A stretch of 64,000 nucleotides of DNA from Candidatus Doudnabacteria bacterium RIFCSPHIGHO2_02_FULL_42_25 (GTDB lineage: Bacteria; Patescibacteriota; Doudnabacteria; UBA920; O2-02-FULL-48-8), in NCBI GenBank assembly GCA_001777665.1, contig MFEQ01000004.1, positions 129,331 through 193,330 on the forward strand. The letters are read 5' to 3'. Positions 53,893-63,518 of the stretch are shown piece by piece (position 1 is the first letter of the stretch; every line of letters starts with the position of its first letter). Under the pieces are notes generated by a model that did no database searches, had not been told where the DNA came from, and saw nothing but the letters and a program-made list of their open reading frames with translations. The translations under genes and the position numbers were made by a program.

Positions 53893-54718
53893 ACCTGGAA
53901 TAATTCTAGGCAACGCTGTCACCGCTGTTGGCGGATTTTTTCTTGCTTCTAAAGGAGATGTTGATTTTATTTTACTGATTTCAATGCTAGTCGGGTTATC
54001 GCTGGTCATCGCCTCTGCTTGTGTCCTGAACAACGTGTTTGATCGCGAGATCGACTCGAGGATGGAACGAACTAAAAACCGAGCAATTGTTACAGGATCG
54101 ATTTCCAAACCTAAAGCTTTAATTTTTGGAATCATCCTTTTGCTGCCTGGGCTAGCCCTTTTGTTTCTACATACTACATACTACACACTACTTGCTGCTT
54201 TGTTAGCTTGGTTTGTTTACGTCGCGATTTACACACCTCTCAAACCCAAAACGAGCCATGCTACACTGATTGGCAGTATTGCAGGAGCAAGTCCAGTTGT
54301 GGCCGGGTATGTGGCTGTAACGAACAAATTTGACCTCGGTGCTATTCTATTATTTGTCATCCTCGTCTCGTGGCAGATGCCCCACTTTTATGCGATTGCT
54401 CTCTATAGGTTACATGAATACAAAGCCGCGGGAATTCCTGTGCTCCCGATAGTTAAGGGTTTGTTTACGACCAAACTAGCTATGACGATCTATATTATAT
54501 TTTTCATCCTCGCCCTAAGCCTATTGACTGTCTTTAACTATACAGGTTACGTATATTTCGGGATTATGCTACTTCTGGGCCTGACCTGGCTTCGGAAAAG
54601 CATTCGGGGATTTTCACCTCAAATCGATACCACAATTTGGGCCAGGAATATGTTTAAATTTTCACTGATGGTTCTGTTGGCGTTTAGTATTATGATTTCT
54701 TTAAATCCTGTTGTATAA
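53861..54718 (+). CDS. cyoE: Protoheme IX farnesyltransferase (heme O synthase)
   Basis: UbiA-family motifs (NxxxDxxxD: LNNVFDREIDSR) and polytopic topology. Confidence 0.85.
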   Translation: MKMKEYINLTKPGIILGNAVTAVGGFFLASKGDVDFILLISMLVGLSLVIASACVLNNVFDREIDSRMERTKNRAIVTGSISKPKALIFGIILLLPGLALLFLHTTYYTLLAALLAWFVYVAIYTPLKPKTSHATLIGSIAGASPVVAGYVAVTNKFDLGAILLFVILVSWQMPHFYAIALYRLHEYKAAGIPVLPIVKGLFTTKLAMTIYIIFFILALSLLTVFNYTGYVYFGIMLLLGLTWLRKSIRGFSPQIDTTIWARNMFKFSLMVLLAFSIMISLNPVV

Positions 54719-55016
54719 TTTATTCATGGCATTATTCACACACATTTCAATAGCAATACTAAGCCTGGTCTATACGGGATATCTTTATTATTCCCCGTCA
54801 AAAACGAAATTTTATATTACTTATATCCTGACAACGCTAGGTTTCATCACTGGTTTTTATTTAGTCTGGGGCAAGCCAGCTTATTTAATCAAGGCTTGTC
54901 TGGTAGGATTTGTTTATTTTGCAATTATTTTAGTAGGTATACTCGCAGCTAAGCATAAACAAAAACAAGCAGAAAAAAATCCTGACTTGATCGTCACTCC
55001 GACGATCAAGCAATAG
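54711..55016 (+). CDS. Small membrane protein (3 TM)
   Basis: ORF with hydrophobic helices. Confidence 0.4.
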   Translation: MYNLFMALFTHISIAILSLVYTGYLYYSPSKTKFYITYILTTLGFITGFYLVWGKPAYLIKACLVGFVYFAIILVGILAAKHKQKQAEKNPDLIVTPTIKQ

Positions 55017-55026
55017 TCAGGATTTT

Positions 55027-55701
55027 TTAAAGACTATTTAAAACACTCCTTGTTTTCGGTCCAATCCGGCCATAGCCTGTGGTGGCCTCATCACCACTAC
55101 AAACTATTTCTTTCGCACATTGAAATTTCCGCACCGCTTCCCGAGTCAGTGACCCGAAATACCTCGTTTCACTTCCTGGTGAGCCAGGACCAGAAACACT
55201 AATCGTAAATCCGGTTTTGTTTAAAATTTGTTGCAAAGTTAAAACTTGCGAACTGGTCATGCCCATACGCAAAATTGTCGTAATCGATCCTGTTACTGCC
55301 ACTGGAATAGGGCTCGGCGTGGAAACTTTGGGCAGGCAACCTTTCCAAGGATTGGTGCCACTATTCTCATACAAGTATCGGGTATAACGTAAATTACCAT
55401 CAATCGTCCTGACATCGAAACCCATCGCAGTTGCTTTCGGTGAATGAATCCTTTCTGCAATCTGAAAAATCCCGACATACGTTCCAGTTGGATCATAGAC
55501 TGGTGATCCATCTGCTTTGTATTGTCGAAATCCAGTTTCGCATCTGGCGATATCAATCATGATCGGCGCATCAGCAAAATAAAAACGCACCGCGTCTTCC
55601 ACGATAGCGTTGGGGTTGGTTTGAGCACTTACAGAAATAGGAGCGAAGATAGCAACTAAAACTATATATTTGATAAATTTCATGCTCCGAAATTCTATCA
55701 A
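55027..55701 (-). CDS. Secreted transglycosylase-like protein with C-terminal peptidoglycan-binding domain
   Basis: Signal peptide, IARCETGF transglycosylase-like motif, PG_binding_1-like C-terminus (LQQILNKTGF...REAVRKFQ). Confidence 0.55.
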   Translation of the reverse strand: MIEFRSMKFIKYIVLVAIFAPISVSAQTNPNAIVEDAVRFYFADAPIMIDIARCETGFRQYKADGSPVYDPTGTYVGIFQIAERIHSPKATAMGFDVRTIDGNLRYTRYLYENSGTNPWKGCLPKVSTPSPIPVAVTGSITTILRMGMTSSQVLTLQQILNKTGFTISVSGPGSPGSETRYFGSLTREAVRKFQCAKEIVCSGDEATTGYGRIGPKTRSVLNSL

Positions 55702-55813
55702 ATTTAAACTCCGAACGGAAGCATTGACGATTCGGCGCTAATTTGGTAAACTAGTTGGAATATCCGGACACTCGCAACTCACGAACGAAAAAGTTTCAAG
55801 GAGGCCAATCGAA

Positions 55814-56509
55814 ATGCTGCTTCAGCAAATCGTCTATGACATGATGGGTTGGGGTATTACCATCGACATCGGAGTCCCCCTCTACATCAGCATCTGGACA
55901 CTGTTGCTCGCCCTGTTTCTGTTCTACGAAGCCAAGCGGTACATCTACCAACAACTCAAACCTCTCCGTACAGCTGTGTTCTTCAGTGAGAAAGGCATGA
56001 TCATCGGAGCAATCGTCGGATCCGTCCTGATGATTCTCTCGATCGCGGCTCACGAAGCCGGGCACGCCGTCGCGGCCAGCGCCTTCAACTTCCCTATTAC
56101 TGGCGCGGGGGTAACTGGCTGGGGTGCCTATGTTTCCTTGCCAGACGGGTATGCGAAGGGCACGCCGTGGGCAATGATTATTGTCTCCTTCGCCGGACCT
56201 ATCACGAATATTCTCCTCGCTCTGGTCTGCTACGTCATCGTGCGCTTGATGGATGAGTCGCTGGCGGAAAATACGATTCAGTTCGTGGCTCACATGAACT
56301 ACCGACTAGGGGTCTTCAACTTTGCACCGTTCATTGTTCTGGACGGAGGCAAGTTCGTCCTCGGAGTAATGCGACTGTTCTTCAGTGAGGACTTGGCCTT
56401 CACCATCACGATGACGATTTCGGGAGTGATGCTGGGTTGGTTCCTGTTCTTCCGCAAATCCGAAAAGGATTCCCGAAATTTCATCGAACGTGAGCTCGAG
56501 AAAGCCTAA
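55814..56509 (+). CDS. GC-rich gene for an M50-family (site-2-protease-like) membrane metalloprotease
   Basis: SD AAGGAGG 9 nt upstream. HEAGH zinc motif in a TM helix. FNFAPFIVLDGG matches the LDG motif. About 55% GC. Confidence 0.6.
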   Translation: MLLQQIVYDMMGWGITIDIGVPLYISIWTLLLALFLFYEAKRYIYQQLKPLRTAVFFSEKGMIIGAIVGSVLMILSIAAHEAGHAVAASAFNFPITGAGVTGWGAYVSLPDGYAKGTPWAMIIVSFAGPITNILLALVCYVIVRLMDESLAENTIQFVAHMNYRLGVFNFAPFIVLDGGKFVLGVMRLFFSEDLAFTITMTISGVMLGWFLFFRKSEKDSRNFIERELEKA

Positions 56510-56538
56510 ACTCCCACCCCGACTAGTGGGTGTTCATG

Positions 56539-56568
56539 AGCGAATGGTTCTACCTTCGCTCTTTTTTT
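56539..56568 (+). terminator. Terminator agcgaa-N10-ttcgct followed by T7
   Basis: Hairpin plus T-run 30 nt after the stop codon. Confidence 0.6.
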
Positions 56569-56584
56569 ATTACCTTAACAATTA

Positions 56585-57100
56585 TTAACTGTTGAAAGCT
56601 TTTTCCAAATCAGAGATTACTAATTTCTTCATTTGGAGCATGGCTTGCATCGCTTTATCAGCTTTTTCTTTATTTGGATCAGTCAATAACTCTCCTAACC
56701 GTTTCGGTACTACTTGCCAGGAAAAACCGTATTTATCCTGGAGCCAGCCACATTGTTGAGCATTTGGATCACCGCCCTCACTCAATTTGGTCCAAAAATG
56801 ATCAACCTCTTCTTGAGTATCACAGCTTATTTCAAATGAGATAGCAGCGTTGGGTTTAAAAATAGGTCCGCCATCTAGTGCCATGAACTTTTGACCTTCC
56901 AGTTCAAAGATTGCTGTCAAAATTTTCCCTTCCAAACCATTCATGGGAAGATTTGGAACTGGTTTATCAGAATATCTTTGGATTAAAATAATTTTCGATT
57001 CGGACTTTTTCGCAGGATTAGTGTTGTAAATATTAATCCAATAATTAATTGCTTCCTCACACTTATTCTCGAACCATAAACATGGGGTTATTTTTTGCAT
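56585..57100 (-). CDS. VOC-family (PhnB-like glyoxalase-fold) protein
   Basis: MQKITPCLWFE...ALDGGP...QCGW..DKYG.SWQ matches the PhnB pattern. Confidence 0.65.
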   Translation of the reverse strand: MQKITPCLWFENKCEEAINYWINIYNTNPAKKSESKIILIQRYSDKPVPNLPMNGLEGKILTAIFELEGQKFMALDGGPIFKPNAAISFEISCDTQEEVDHFWTKLSEGGDPNAQQCGWLQDKYGFSWQVVPKRLGELLTDPNKEKADKAMQAMLQMKKLVISDLEKAFNS

Positions 57101-57171
57101 AAAGTCCTTAATTTAATCATCTCAATAAATAATACATGAACTCAACGACGTTAGCAATTGTTTAAATAAAT

Positions 57172-57212
57172 AAAAAAGAAACCTGCGCTACTTGTTAAGA
57201 ACTTTCGCGCAG
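57172..57212 (-). terminator. Minus-strand terminator ctgcgc-N18-gcgcag followed by T6
   Basis: Downstream of the deoxyhypusine-synthase-like gene. Confidence 0.5.
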
Positions 57213-57228
57213 ATTTCAGGAGTCTGAC

Positions 57229-58356
57229 CTACTTTCGCAACACCAATGCGGCGATGTCGGGAAAGTGTTCGGTAAAGTCGCCGAAGATCTGGACGCCGAA
57301 CGCGTTCTCTGCGAACTTCCCCCAAGTGATCTTTTCTTTGAACCCGGCTCCAGAGTAGGAACCAAAGCTCATGGGAGAAGAATGGATCTCGACGAATCCC
57401 GCCCAGGGTTGAATCAGCCGCTCCTGTTCCCCGAGTGACTCCTCGAACAGATAATCCTTCTTCAGGTGTGGGACGACGCAGATCGGAAAATCAGCAGCAA
57501 TTCCGCCGCCAAGCTGCAGAAAGGCCAGCGGAGTTTGTTCGGCATTGTCCATGTACCACTCAGCCAGTCGGTGCATGTATCCAGCGCCATGCTGAACCAC
57601 GCCCATACTGATCGGCTCATCCTGCCGGTATTGCTTCAAGAACGGATGATCGCCGCGGTAGCAGTAATAGGTGAAGATATTCCCCATCGTGGAATCTTCC
57701 CATCCAGGGACAAAGACCTCAACGTTGTTTCGCATGGCGGTAAGCAGCCAGCAGTCATCCGGATTCGCACCCGGATCGTTGACGACGTCCCTTCGCTTCA
57801 GCACTCGAAAGAAAAATTCGTGCCACAAAAGCGATTCGCCTTTTTTCTGAGCTGCCCGCCATTCTGCCTCGAGCAATGGCAGAATTACACGGACTGATTC
57901 GTCTTCCGGAAGGAACGTATCCGTAATCCTGCGAAGGCCAGCATCGTCGAGTTCCTTCTCCTGCGCCCGAGTCAGTTCAGTGTAGTCCGGAATGTAGGCG
58001 TAGTTGGAATGAGCAAGTAGCCGGTAAAGGCTTTCTTCCAGATTCGCACCAGTCACGGAAATCCCAGTGATGAGGCCTGCTCGGATCATCTCACTGATCA
58101 TGATCCCCATCTGAAATGATGAGCCAGCGCCGGACATGGTCAGAAAGATCTTGCCGCCGTCGTCGCAATGCTGGCGCAACCACAGACCGGCATCGATCGT
58201 TTTACCACCGTTGCAGTGACGCTTGTTGTGTACCAAAAAGTTAGAGACGGGAGTCAGTGGATCGGGTTCATACTTACGTTCGCTCGTGATGATTTGCGCG
58301 CGCAATGCCGAACTTAAGGATGCGAGCTTCTCGACAAAAGTCGGGGTTTCAGACAT
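57229..58356 (-). CDS. Deoxyhypusine synthase-like protein (DHS/homospermidine synthase family), GC-rich
   Basis: IFLTMSGAGSSF...SVTGANLEESL and C-terminal ITWGKF align with DHS signatures. SD AAGAGGA before MSETPTF. About 52% GC. Confidence 0.7.
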   Translation of the reverse strand: MSETPTFVEKLASLSSALRAQIITSERKYEPDPLTPVSNFLVHNKRHCNGGKTIDAGLWLRQHCDDGGKIFLTMSGAGSSFQMGIMISEMIRAGLITGISVTGANLEESLYRLLAHSNYAYIPDYTELTRAQEKELDDAGLRRITDTFLPEDESVRVILPLLEAEWRAAQKKGESLLWHEFFFRVLKRRDVVNDPGANPDDCWLLTAMRNNVEVFVPGWEDSTMGNIFTYYCYRGDHPFLKQYRQDEPISMGVVQHGAGYMHRLAEWYMDNAEQTPLAFLQLGGGIAADFPICVVPHLKKDYLFEESLGEQERLIQPWAGFVEIHSSPMSFGSYSGAGFKEKITWGKFAENAFGVQIFGDFTEHFPDIAALVLRK

Positions 58357-58472
58357 TGTATGGTCCTCTTGTAAGTTGTAACAGTATGAAGAGTATAACA
58401 AAAAAACATTACATATTAAAACGATAATAATATATTGACAAACGATAGACTATAAGTTACTATGACCGCTCA

Positions 58473-59912
58473 ATGCAAAAAGCTTTATATATAATTTTAG
58501 TAAGTTTGGGTCTGGGTTTAATTTTCAATTTCTTATTTTTCGAGAAATTGATTGGAGTTTCTTTAATTATTTTCACTCTTATTCTGTTGGGTGCAGCAGC
58601 TTTACTCAGCTGGCAGCAATTGCAATTCCGAAAAATCTGGTGGATAATTACACTCATTGGCTTCTTTGCTCTGATGCCTAGTATTCGGACGAATGAATTT
58701 CTGACTTTCTTAAATGTCTGTGCCACTTTGGGTTTATTGATATTATTGGCTCATGAAGTGGCCGGGACCCCAACACTTTTGATGAAGTTGTGGGATTATA
58801 TTTTGATGATGGTTTTAGTCCCACTCGGAATGCTCCGAAGTGCCCTATCTACTATCAATCTGGCGAGCAAGATCCAGAGCAGTGATAAACAACATGAGAT
58901 GTGGCTTCGAGTGTTCAAAGGTGTGCTTATGGCAATACCTGCCTTGATTATCTTCGGAGCCCTGTTTTCCCAAGCTGATTTGGCTTTCTCTAAATTTCTT
59001 AGAAGTATTGTTGATATAAATATTTCGGAAAGAACAATCCAGTACTTAGTTCTACTCGCTTTTTCTTCAGTAGCATCCTTAAGTTTTCTGTCTTATGTTT
59101 TTACCGACAAACGAGATAAAGTTGAGTCACTGCAAACACAATCTGAATCAGCACCTGCAGGGAGAAATATCGAGATCATGGTCTTTTTGGGTCTCATCGC
59201 CACTCTATTTTTGGTGTTTATCGGATTCCAAGTCACTTACCTCTTTGGTGGTGAATCCAACATCGTGAACGCTGGATTCACTTACGCTGAATATGCCAGA
59301 CGAGGTTTCTTTGAACTACTGGCAGTAGCAATACTATCATTGGTCGTACTCCTAGCTTCCGAAAAATATTCCCACGCTGAATCTAAAAAAGATAAACGAT
59401 TTCTCATCACTGCCCTGATACTCATCGTCGAAGTTGGAGTAGTAATTTTTTCCGCATGCAAACGCCTGTCACTTTACATCGATGCCTATGGTATGACCTT
59501 ACTCCGCTTTTACGTCACTGGATTCATCATCTTGCTCTCAGTATTGTTTATCCTGCTTGCTATTAAATTTGTAAAATCAAAACGGGAACAGTTCTTCGTT
59601 TTTGGTATGTTGCTTTCTATCATCGGATTTTTAGTTACCATAAACTTGATCAATCCTGATACTTATATCGCCAAATCAAATATTGATCAATTCAACCGGA
59701 CCGGCAAAATCGACGTCAGCTACTTTCGAGAACTCTCCGCTGACGCAACGCCTTTAAAAATTGAACTCTATAACAAATTGACAGGTGAAGACAAAGCAGT
59801 CTTACAAGAATTACTCCTGAAAGAAAAAGATAAATTACGAAAAACTAGCACTGACTGGCAATCAGCAAACTTTTCTCGTGCTCGGGCTTTGAAAATATTA
59901 CAGGGATTTTAA
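58473..59912 (+). CDS. Large polytopic membrane protein, unknown function
   Basis: About 12 TM helices. Confidence 0.5.
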   Translation: MQKALYIILVSLGLGLIFNFLFFEKLIGVSLIIFTLILLGAAALLSWQQLQFRKIWWIITLIGFFALMPSIRTNEFLTFLNVCATLGLLILLAHEVAGTPTLLMKLWDYILMMVLVPLGMLRSALSTINLASKIQSSDKQHEMWLRVFKGVLMAIPALIIFGALFSQADLAFSKFLRSIVDINISERTIQYLVLLAFSSVASLSFLSYVFTDKRDKVESLQTQSESAPAGRNIEIMVFLGLIATLFLVFIGFQVTYLFGGESNIVNAGFTYAEYARRGFFELLAVAILSLVVLLASEKYSHAESKKDKRFLITALILIVEVGVVIFSACKRLSLYIDAYGMTLLRFYVTGFIILLSVLFILLAIKFVKSKREQFFVFGMLLSIIGFLVTINLINPDTYIAKSNIDQFNRTGKIDVSYFRELSADATPLKIELYNKLTGEDKAVLQELLLKEKDKLRKTSTDWQSANFSRARALKILQGF

Positions 59913-59970
59913 GGAGACCTAACTTAGATTAATTGCTAATTTGAGCGATCGTCAAATTTAGCAAGTATTT

Positions 59971-60279
59971 TTATTTCAATTTTGATCGTCTAGCAAGTAC
60001 GGCTTGCACCGAGGGGCTTACTAGTTTATCTTTGCGATGAGAACAGCCATACCAACAGCAAGGTCTTCTCATCCCCTCTTTGAGTTCACTGCGAACCCGT
60101 TTGACATGATCTCTTCTGGTTTCTTCCCAAGTAACTGAAATCACCCAACAAATCCATTCGTTCCGGGCAAGTGGAGTTAGATCCTCCCATTTGGCCAAGG
60201 CTTTCGAATCAGAAGTCAGTTCCTTTCGTAAATCCGGAGGAACTTTGTGTACCGTACCGCTAGAAATCTGTTTAGTCAT
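59971..60279 (-). CDS. YdeI/OmpD-associated family protein
   Basis: C-terminal LTPLARNEWICWV...RRPCCW pattern. Confidence 0.5.
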   Translation of the reverse strand: MTKQISSGTVHKVPPDLRKELTSDSKALAKWEDLTPLARNEWICWVISVTWEETRRDHVKRVRSELKEGMRRPCCWYGCSHRKDKLVSPSVQAVLARRSKLK

Positions 60280-60283
60280 AATT

Positions 60284-60925
60284 TTATTTGTCCTTTAAGA
60301 TAGCCTCCCCTTTTACGAACCAAGAGATACCAAATAGGATGATAGCCAAAGATTCTAGCCAAAATACTGGTTGCCAATTAAAAATTAGTGAATCAACAGG
60401 CAAAAACGCAGTTAGAATAATCAGGGCGATACAAGTTAATATTCCGTAGCCGCACACTGTGTAAACCATATTGCGCTGGATTTTCTGTAGCGTTGGCTGT
60501 TGTTTGGGATTAGTTTTGCGAAATAACTTCAATGAATAAAAAGCCAGAGTCAAAAACAGACCCATGGCGAATACATAATGGAGTTGACCGATAAAAATTC
60601 GCAAAGTGTCGGCGTGCTGTGGACTAGTCGGAAATAAAGCTGTGCCGATGGCAAAAATAGTGCCAATTTTCCCCGCGACTTCATCTATCCATTCATAGCC
60701 ACGGTAAGACATCAGAAAAATACCAATCGCACAAAGACTTCCGACAAACACATCTCGCATTACAGTATAGTAATAAGCACTGATTGAAGACTCAATACCA
60801 GAATCCACTAGTATCGTTTTTCCAATAACCAAAACAAACGGAAGTAATATTCCGATCACTCCAATCGCTTTTCTTAAGCCCAGATAAGAAAGCACTAATG
60901 AATCATTTTGCGTCGAATGGCTCAT
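60284..60925 (-). CDS. Membrane protein (6 TM), unknown function
   Basis: ORF with many hydrophobic helices. Confidence 0.45.
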   Translation of the reverse strand: MSHSTQNDSLVLSYLGLRKAIGVIGILLPFVLVIGKTILVDSGIESSISAYYYTVMRDVFVGSLCAIGIFLMSYRGYEWIDEVAGKIGTIFAIGTALFPTSPQHADTLRIFIGQLHYVFAMGLFLTLAFYSLKLFRKTNPKQQPTLQKIQRNMVYTVCGYGILTCIALIILTAFLPVDSLIFNWQPVFWLESLAIILFGISWFVKGEAILKDK

Positions 60926-61119
60926 TCTTAAATTTTAGCACAAAAAAAGACTAAGAGTTTAAACTTAATCTCTTGAGGTCTTTCTATAGGGCAGCAACAT
61001 TCTGCCACAACCACAGTTATCTCGATGATCCTCTCTCCACTTGGTTTTTTCTTCTTCAGAAGCATTTTCCGGAAAAGAATTTTTACTATGCCATTCTTTA
61101 TTCATACTACCAATAATTC

Positions 61120-61476
61120 TTATTTGTTGAGCTCGTCGAGTTTAACTGCAGCTTCTGGAGTCGAAACATCTTTGCCCATAAAGAATAGTTTGACGATAGC
61201 TAGAGCGATCAGCCAGTAAACGAACATAGCCAGTAGTGTTGTCCACTCCATGATGCTGCCTTGAATCTTAGTCATGTGAAATACACTCAAGAAAGGTGCG
61301 ACAAACGGTTGCGTGACTGTATAAATCGCATTCGTAAATCCAGCAGTAGGATTCGCTGCTAAAAACTTTAAAACAAATCGAAAAGCAAGAAGCACTTCAA
61401 GCAGACCTAAAACATACCAAACGACTTGAGTCCCTCGATAGAGGGGTTTGGTTCGAACAGAGTTAGATGATTCCAT
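61120..61476 (-). CDS. YggT-family membrane protein
   Basis: YggT/Ycf19-like pattern: two TM segments, LEVLLAFRFVLKFL. Confidence 0.55.
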   Translation of the reverse strand: MESSNSVRTKPLYRGTQVVWYVLGLLEVLLAFRFVLKFLAANPTAGFTNAIYTVTQPFVAPFLSVFHMTKIQGSIMEWTTLLAMFVYWLIALAIVKLFFMGKDVSTPEAAVKLDELNK

Positions 61477-61835
61477 AAATTTTTCCTATATTAATTATTT
61501 TTCAATTCCGGCCTTTGACTAAAAAAACGACTCTAATTTTATAGACTCGTTCATAGGCACCCATATGGTTGATTCTCTCCTGCCCTATAGTTCTATAATA
61601 ATAGGACCAATAAGAGAATTACATGTTTCTGCGGTTCTACCTATAACCAGTATGGACCCTATTGGTACTCTTGTCAACACTGTGAGTTTGTCCATATCAC
61701 AACTTATCATTTAAGAATATGCTGAACTAAGGTCGGAACTCGATATTAAATAGAAAGACAAAATACCATGGATGATGTAAAAAAAGAAGATACGAAATCT
61801 AACCCCGCTACAGACTCGGTTACTAAATAGCGGAT

Positions 61836-61870
61836 AGAAAAAATCCTGACCATCAGTCAGGATTTTTTCT
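61836..61870. terminator. Bidirectional terminator atcctgac-catca-gtcaggat flanked by an A-run and a T-run
   Basis: 8-bp perfect stem between A5 and T6. Confidence 0.6.
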
Positions 61871-61883
61871 TATTTTGCATACG

Positions 61884-62651
61884 TTAGCGCTTACGTTTTA
61901 GCTCTGCCAATATTTCTTCGTGCAAAAATCCGTTTGATGCGAGGATATTTGTTGTATTTTTCTTAATTGGGTTTCCATCAAAGTCTGTAACTTTTCCTCC
62001 TGCCTCGGTGACTATAAGCGATGGTGCAGCTATATCCCAAATATTAGTTTTTGCTTCCATGATAACTTCTAATTTTCCTTGTGCGAGTAGATGGTACATC
62101 CAACAATCACCCGATCCACGTCTGCCTCGAGCTTTTCTTGTAATGTTACTCAAGTTATCAAGATAGCCTTTATCTACAAAATAATTAAAATTACCAAATG
62201 TCACATAGGATTCTTCAAGGTTTCTTACTTTAGAGACTGAAACTGGTTTTCTATTGACGAATGCACCTTTGCCTTTCTCTGCATACATCAACTCTTTCAT
62301 TAAGGGTAAGTTACTTACTCCAAGTATAACTTCGTTATTATGAAATAAAGATATTAAGGTACCAAAAAGAGGAATACCCCGAGAATAATCTTTGGTTCCA
62401 TCGATCGGATCAATTATCCAAGTATATTCCGTGTTATTATTTTGTTGTCCTAATTCCTCCCCTAAAAAGGAATGGTCAGGAAATATTTTCTTAATTGTTT
62501 CAACAATAGTTTTTTCTGCAAGCTGATCTGCAATTGTAACAGGGCTGTTATCAGATTTTAGAGAAATTTTAATATCAGGAGAGAGGTATTCTAAAATTAT
62601 CTTTTCTGCGTTTTTTGCTGCTTCAATTCCGACTTCTAAATATTTACTCAT
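61884..62651 (-). CDS. Inositol monophosphatase family protein (SuhB/CysQ-like)
   Basis: Metal-binding motifs WIIDPIDGT and DGTKDY, and GGK...DFDG. Start set at MSKYLEVG. The longer upstream extension has no homology. Confidence 0.8.
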   Translation of the reverse strand: MSKYLEVGIEAAKNAEKIILEYLSPDIKISLKSDNSPVTIADQLAEKTIVETIKKIFPDHSFLGEELGQQNNNTEYTWIIDPIDGTKDYSRGIPLFGTLISLFHNNEVILGVSNLPLMKELMYAEKGKGAFVNRKPVSVSKVRNLEESYVTFGNFNYFVDKGYLDNLSNITRKARGRRGSGDCWMYHLLAQGKLEVIMEAKTNIWDIAAPSLIVTEAGGKVTDFDGNPIKKNTTNILASNGFLHEEILAELKRKR

Positions 62652-62677
62652 GGTATTAATATAACAAAAAACACCAG

Positions 62678-62698
62678 CCTTGCCTACCGGCAGGCAGG
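62678..62698. repeat. Palindrome family 3 copy (reverse complement CCTGCCTGCCGGTAGGCAAGG)
   Basis: Near-identical to the terminator hairpin at 7283-7302. Confidence 0.6.
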
Positions 62699-62778
62699 CT
62701 TTCGCTAATGTGCTTCTGAAATTTTGAGCATAAAAATAACCTGTGCTACTCGTCCGTTGGGACTTCACGCAGGTTAAT

Positions 62779-63018
62779 TCAATCGTAGTCGTTCGGTTTG
62801 AACACACCTGCACCGAACGAGGACAACTCGTCGTCCTCCTTTGTTCGACCACGGTCTTCCCGTTCCGAGGAATCGCTCTCGACCTTGGCATCGTCATCAA
62901 ACGAATGCGGTCTCAGAATACTTCCGCCGAGAGACGAGGGATCCCAGTCGTCTGCCTTATCGGTTTTTCGTCTTCTACGCACAAACCCTCCAATCAAAAA
63001 TATAATAACAAAAAACAC
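62779..63018 (-). CDS. Small protein with N-terminal TM helix and acidic tail (GTG start)
   Basis: ORF only; richer in GC than the flanks. Confidence 0.3.
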   Translation of the reverse strand: MFFVIIFLIGGFVRRRRKTDKADDWDPSSLGGSILRPHSFDDDAKVESDSSEREDRGRTKEDDELSSFGAGVFKPNDYD

Positions 63019-63106
63019 TAGCTTTCGCTAATTTTTTCTTTGCTAGCCACTAATTTTCCCAAATCTATACATATGTGAAAATTTGGGAAATTGCCTTTCT
63101 CGCTTC

Positions 63107-63127
63107 CCGCCTGCCGGCGAGGCAGGC
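63107..63127. repeat. Palindrome family 3 variant GCCTGCC-GGCGA-GGCAGGC
   Basis: Read directly. Confidence 0.5.
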
Positions 63128-63194
63128 AACCCGTTCGAATCCTACGCTCAAAGAAATAGAAAAAATCCCGACCGAATGGTCAGGAATTTTTCTT

Positions 63195-63269
63195 TGGCTC
63201 CGACGGTAGGATTCGAACCTACGACCTGGGGATTAACAGTCCCTCGCTCTACCGCTGAGCTACGTCGGA
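63195..63269 (-). tRNA. tRNA-Asn (anticodon GTT)
   Basis: Reverse complement: acceptor TCCGACG...CGTCGGA-G-CCA, D-arm GCTCAGCGGTAGAGC, anticodon loop CUGUUAA, T-arm GTAGGTTCGAATCCTAC. Confidence 0.85.
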
Positions 63270-63515
63270 ACGTGGTGTAAATTTTTTCACAAACAATCTG
63301 CCTTGATAACTTTTTAATTGCTTTTCTCGTTTCAAAGCTTCTTGGCGTGTGCCAACCGTTTCAGAATAGATAAGTTGCCACTCGCCGTCAAACCTTGAAG
63401 TATAACCCTTAAAAGTTTTTGAATTATGGAGATTTAATCGCACTTCGAGATTTATGGTTTGACCGATATAGATTTTACTAGCAGATTTATTATAAATTGC
63501 GTAAACAGTATACAT
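63249..63515 (-). CDS. GIY-YIG nuclease family protein (88 aa)
   Basis: VYAIYNK...IYIGQT...LHNS GIY-YIG core. The 3' end overlaps the tRNA-Asn 5' end by about 20 nt. Flanked by a duplicated tRNA segment. Confidence 0.65.
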   Translation of the reverse strand: MYTVYAIYNKSASKIYIGQTINLEVRLNLHNSKTFKGYTSRFDGEWQLIYSETVGTRQEALKREKQLKSYQGRLFVKKFTPRSDVAQR

Positions 63516-63518
63516 AAG

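Noticed and set aside
62652-62900. 83-codon N-terminal extension of the inositol monophosphatase gene, and an analogous extension of the 23738-24691 ORF (non-ATG start inside a palindromic element)
   Set aside because: The extensions have no homology, run through GC-rich palindromes and arise from alternative start codons. Conserved N-termini begin at MSKYLEVG and MFRNKQ respectively.
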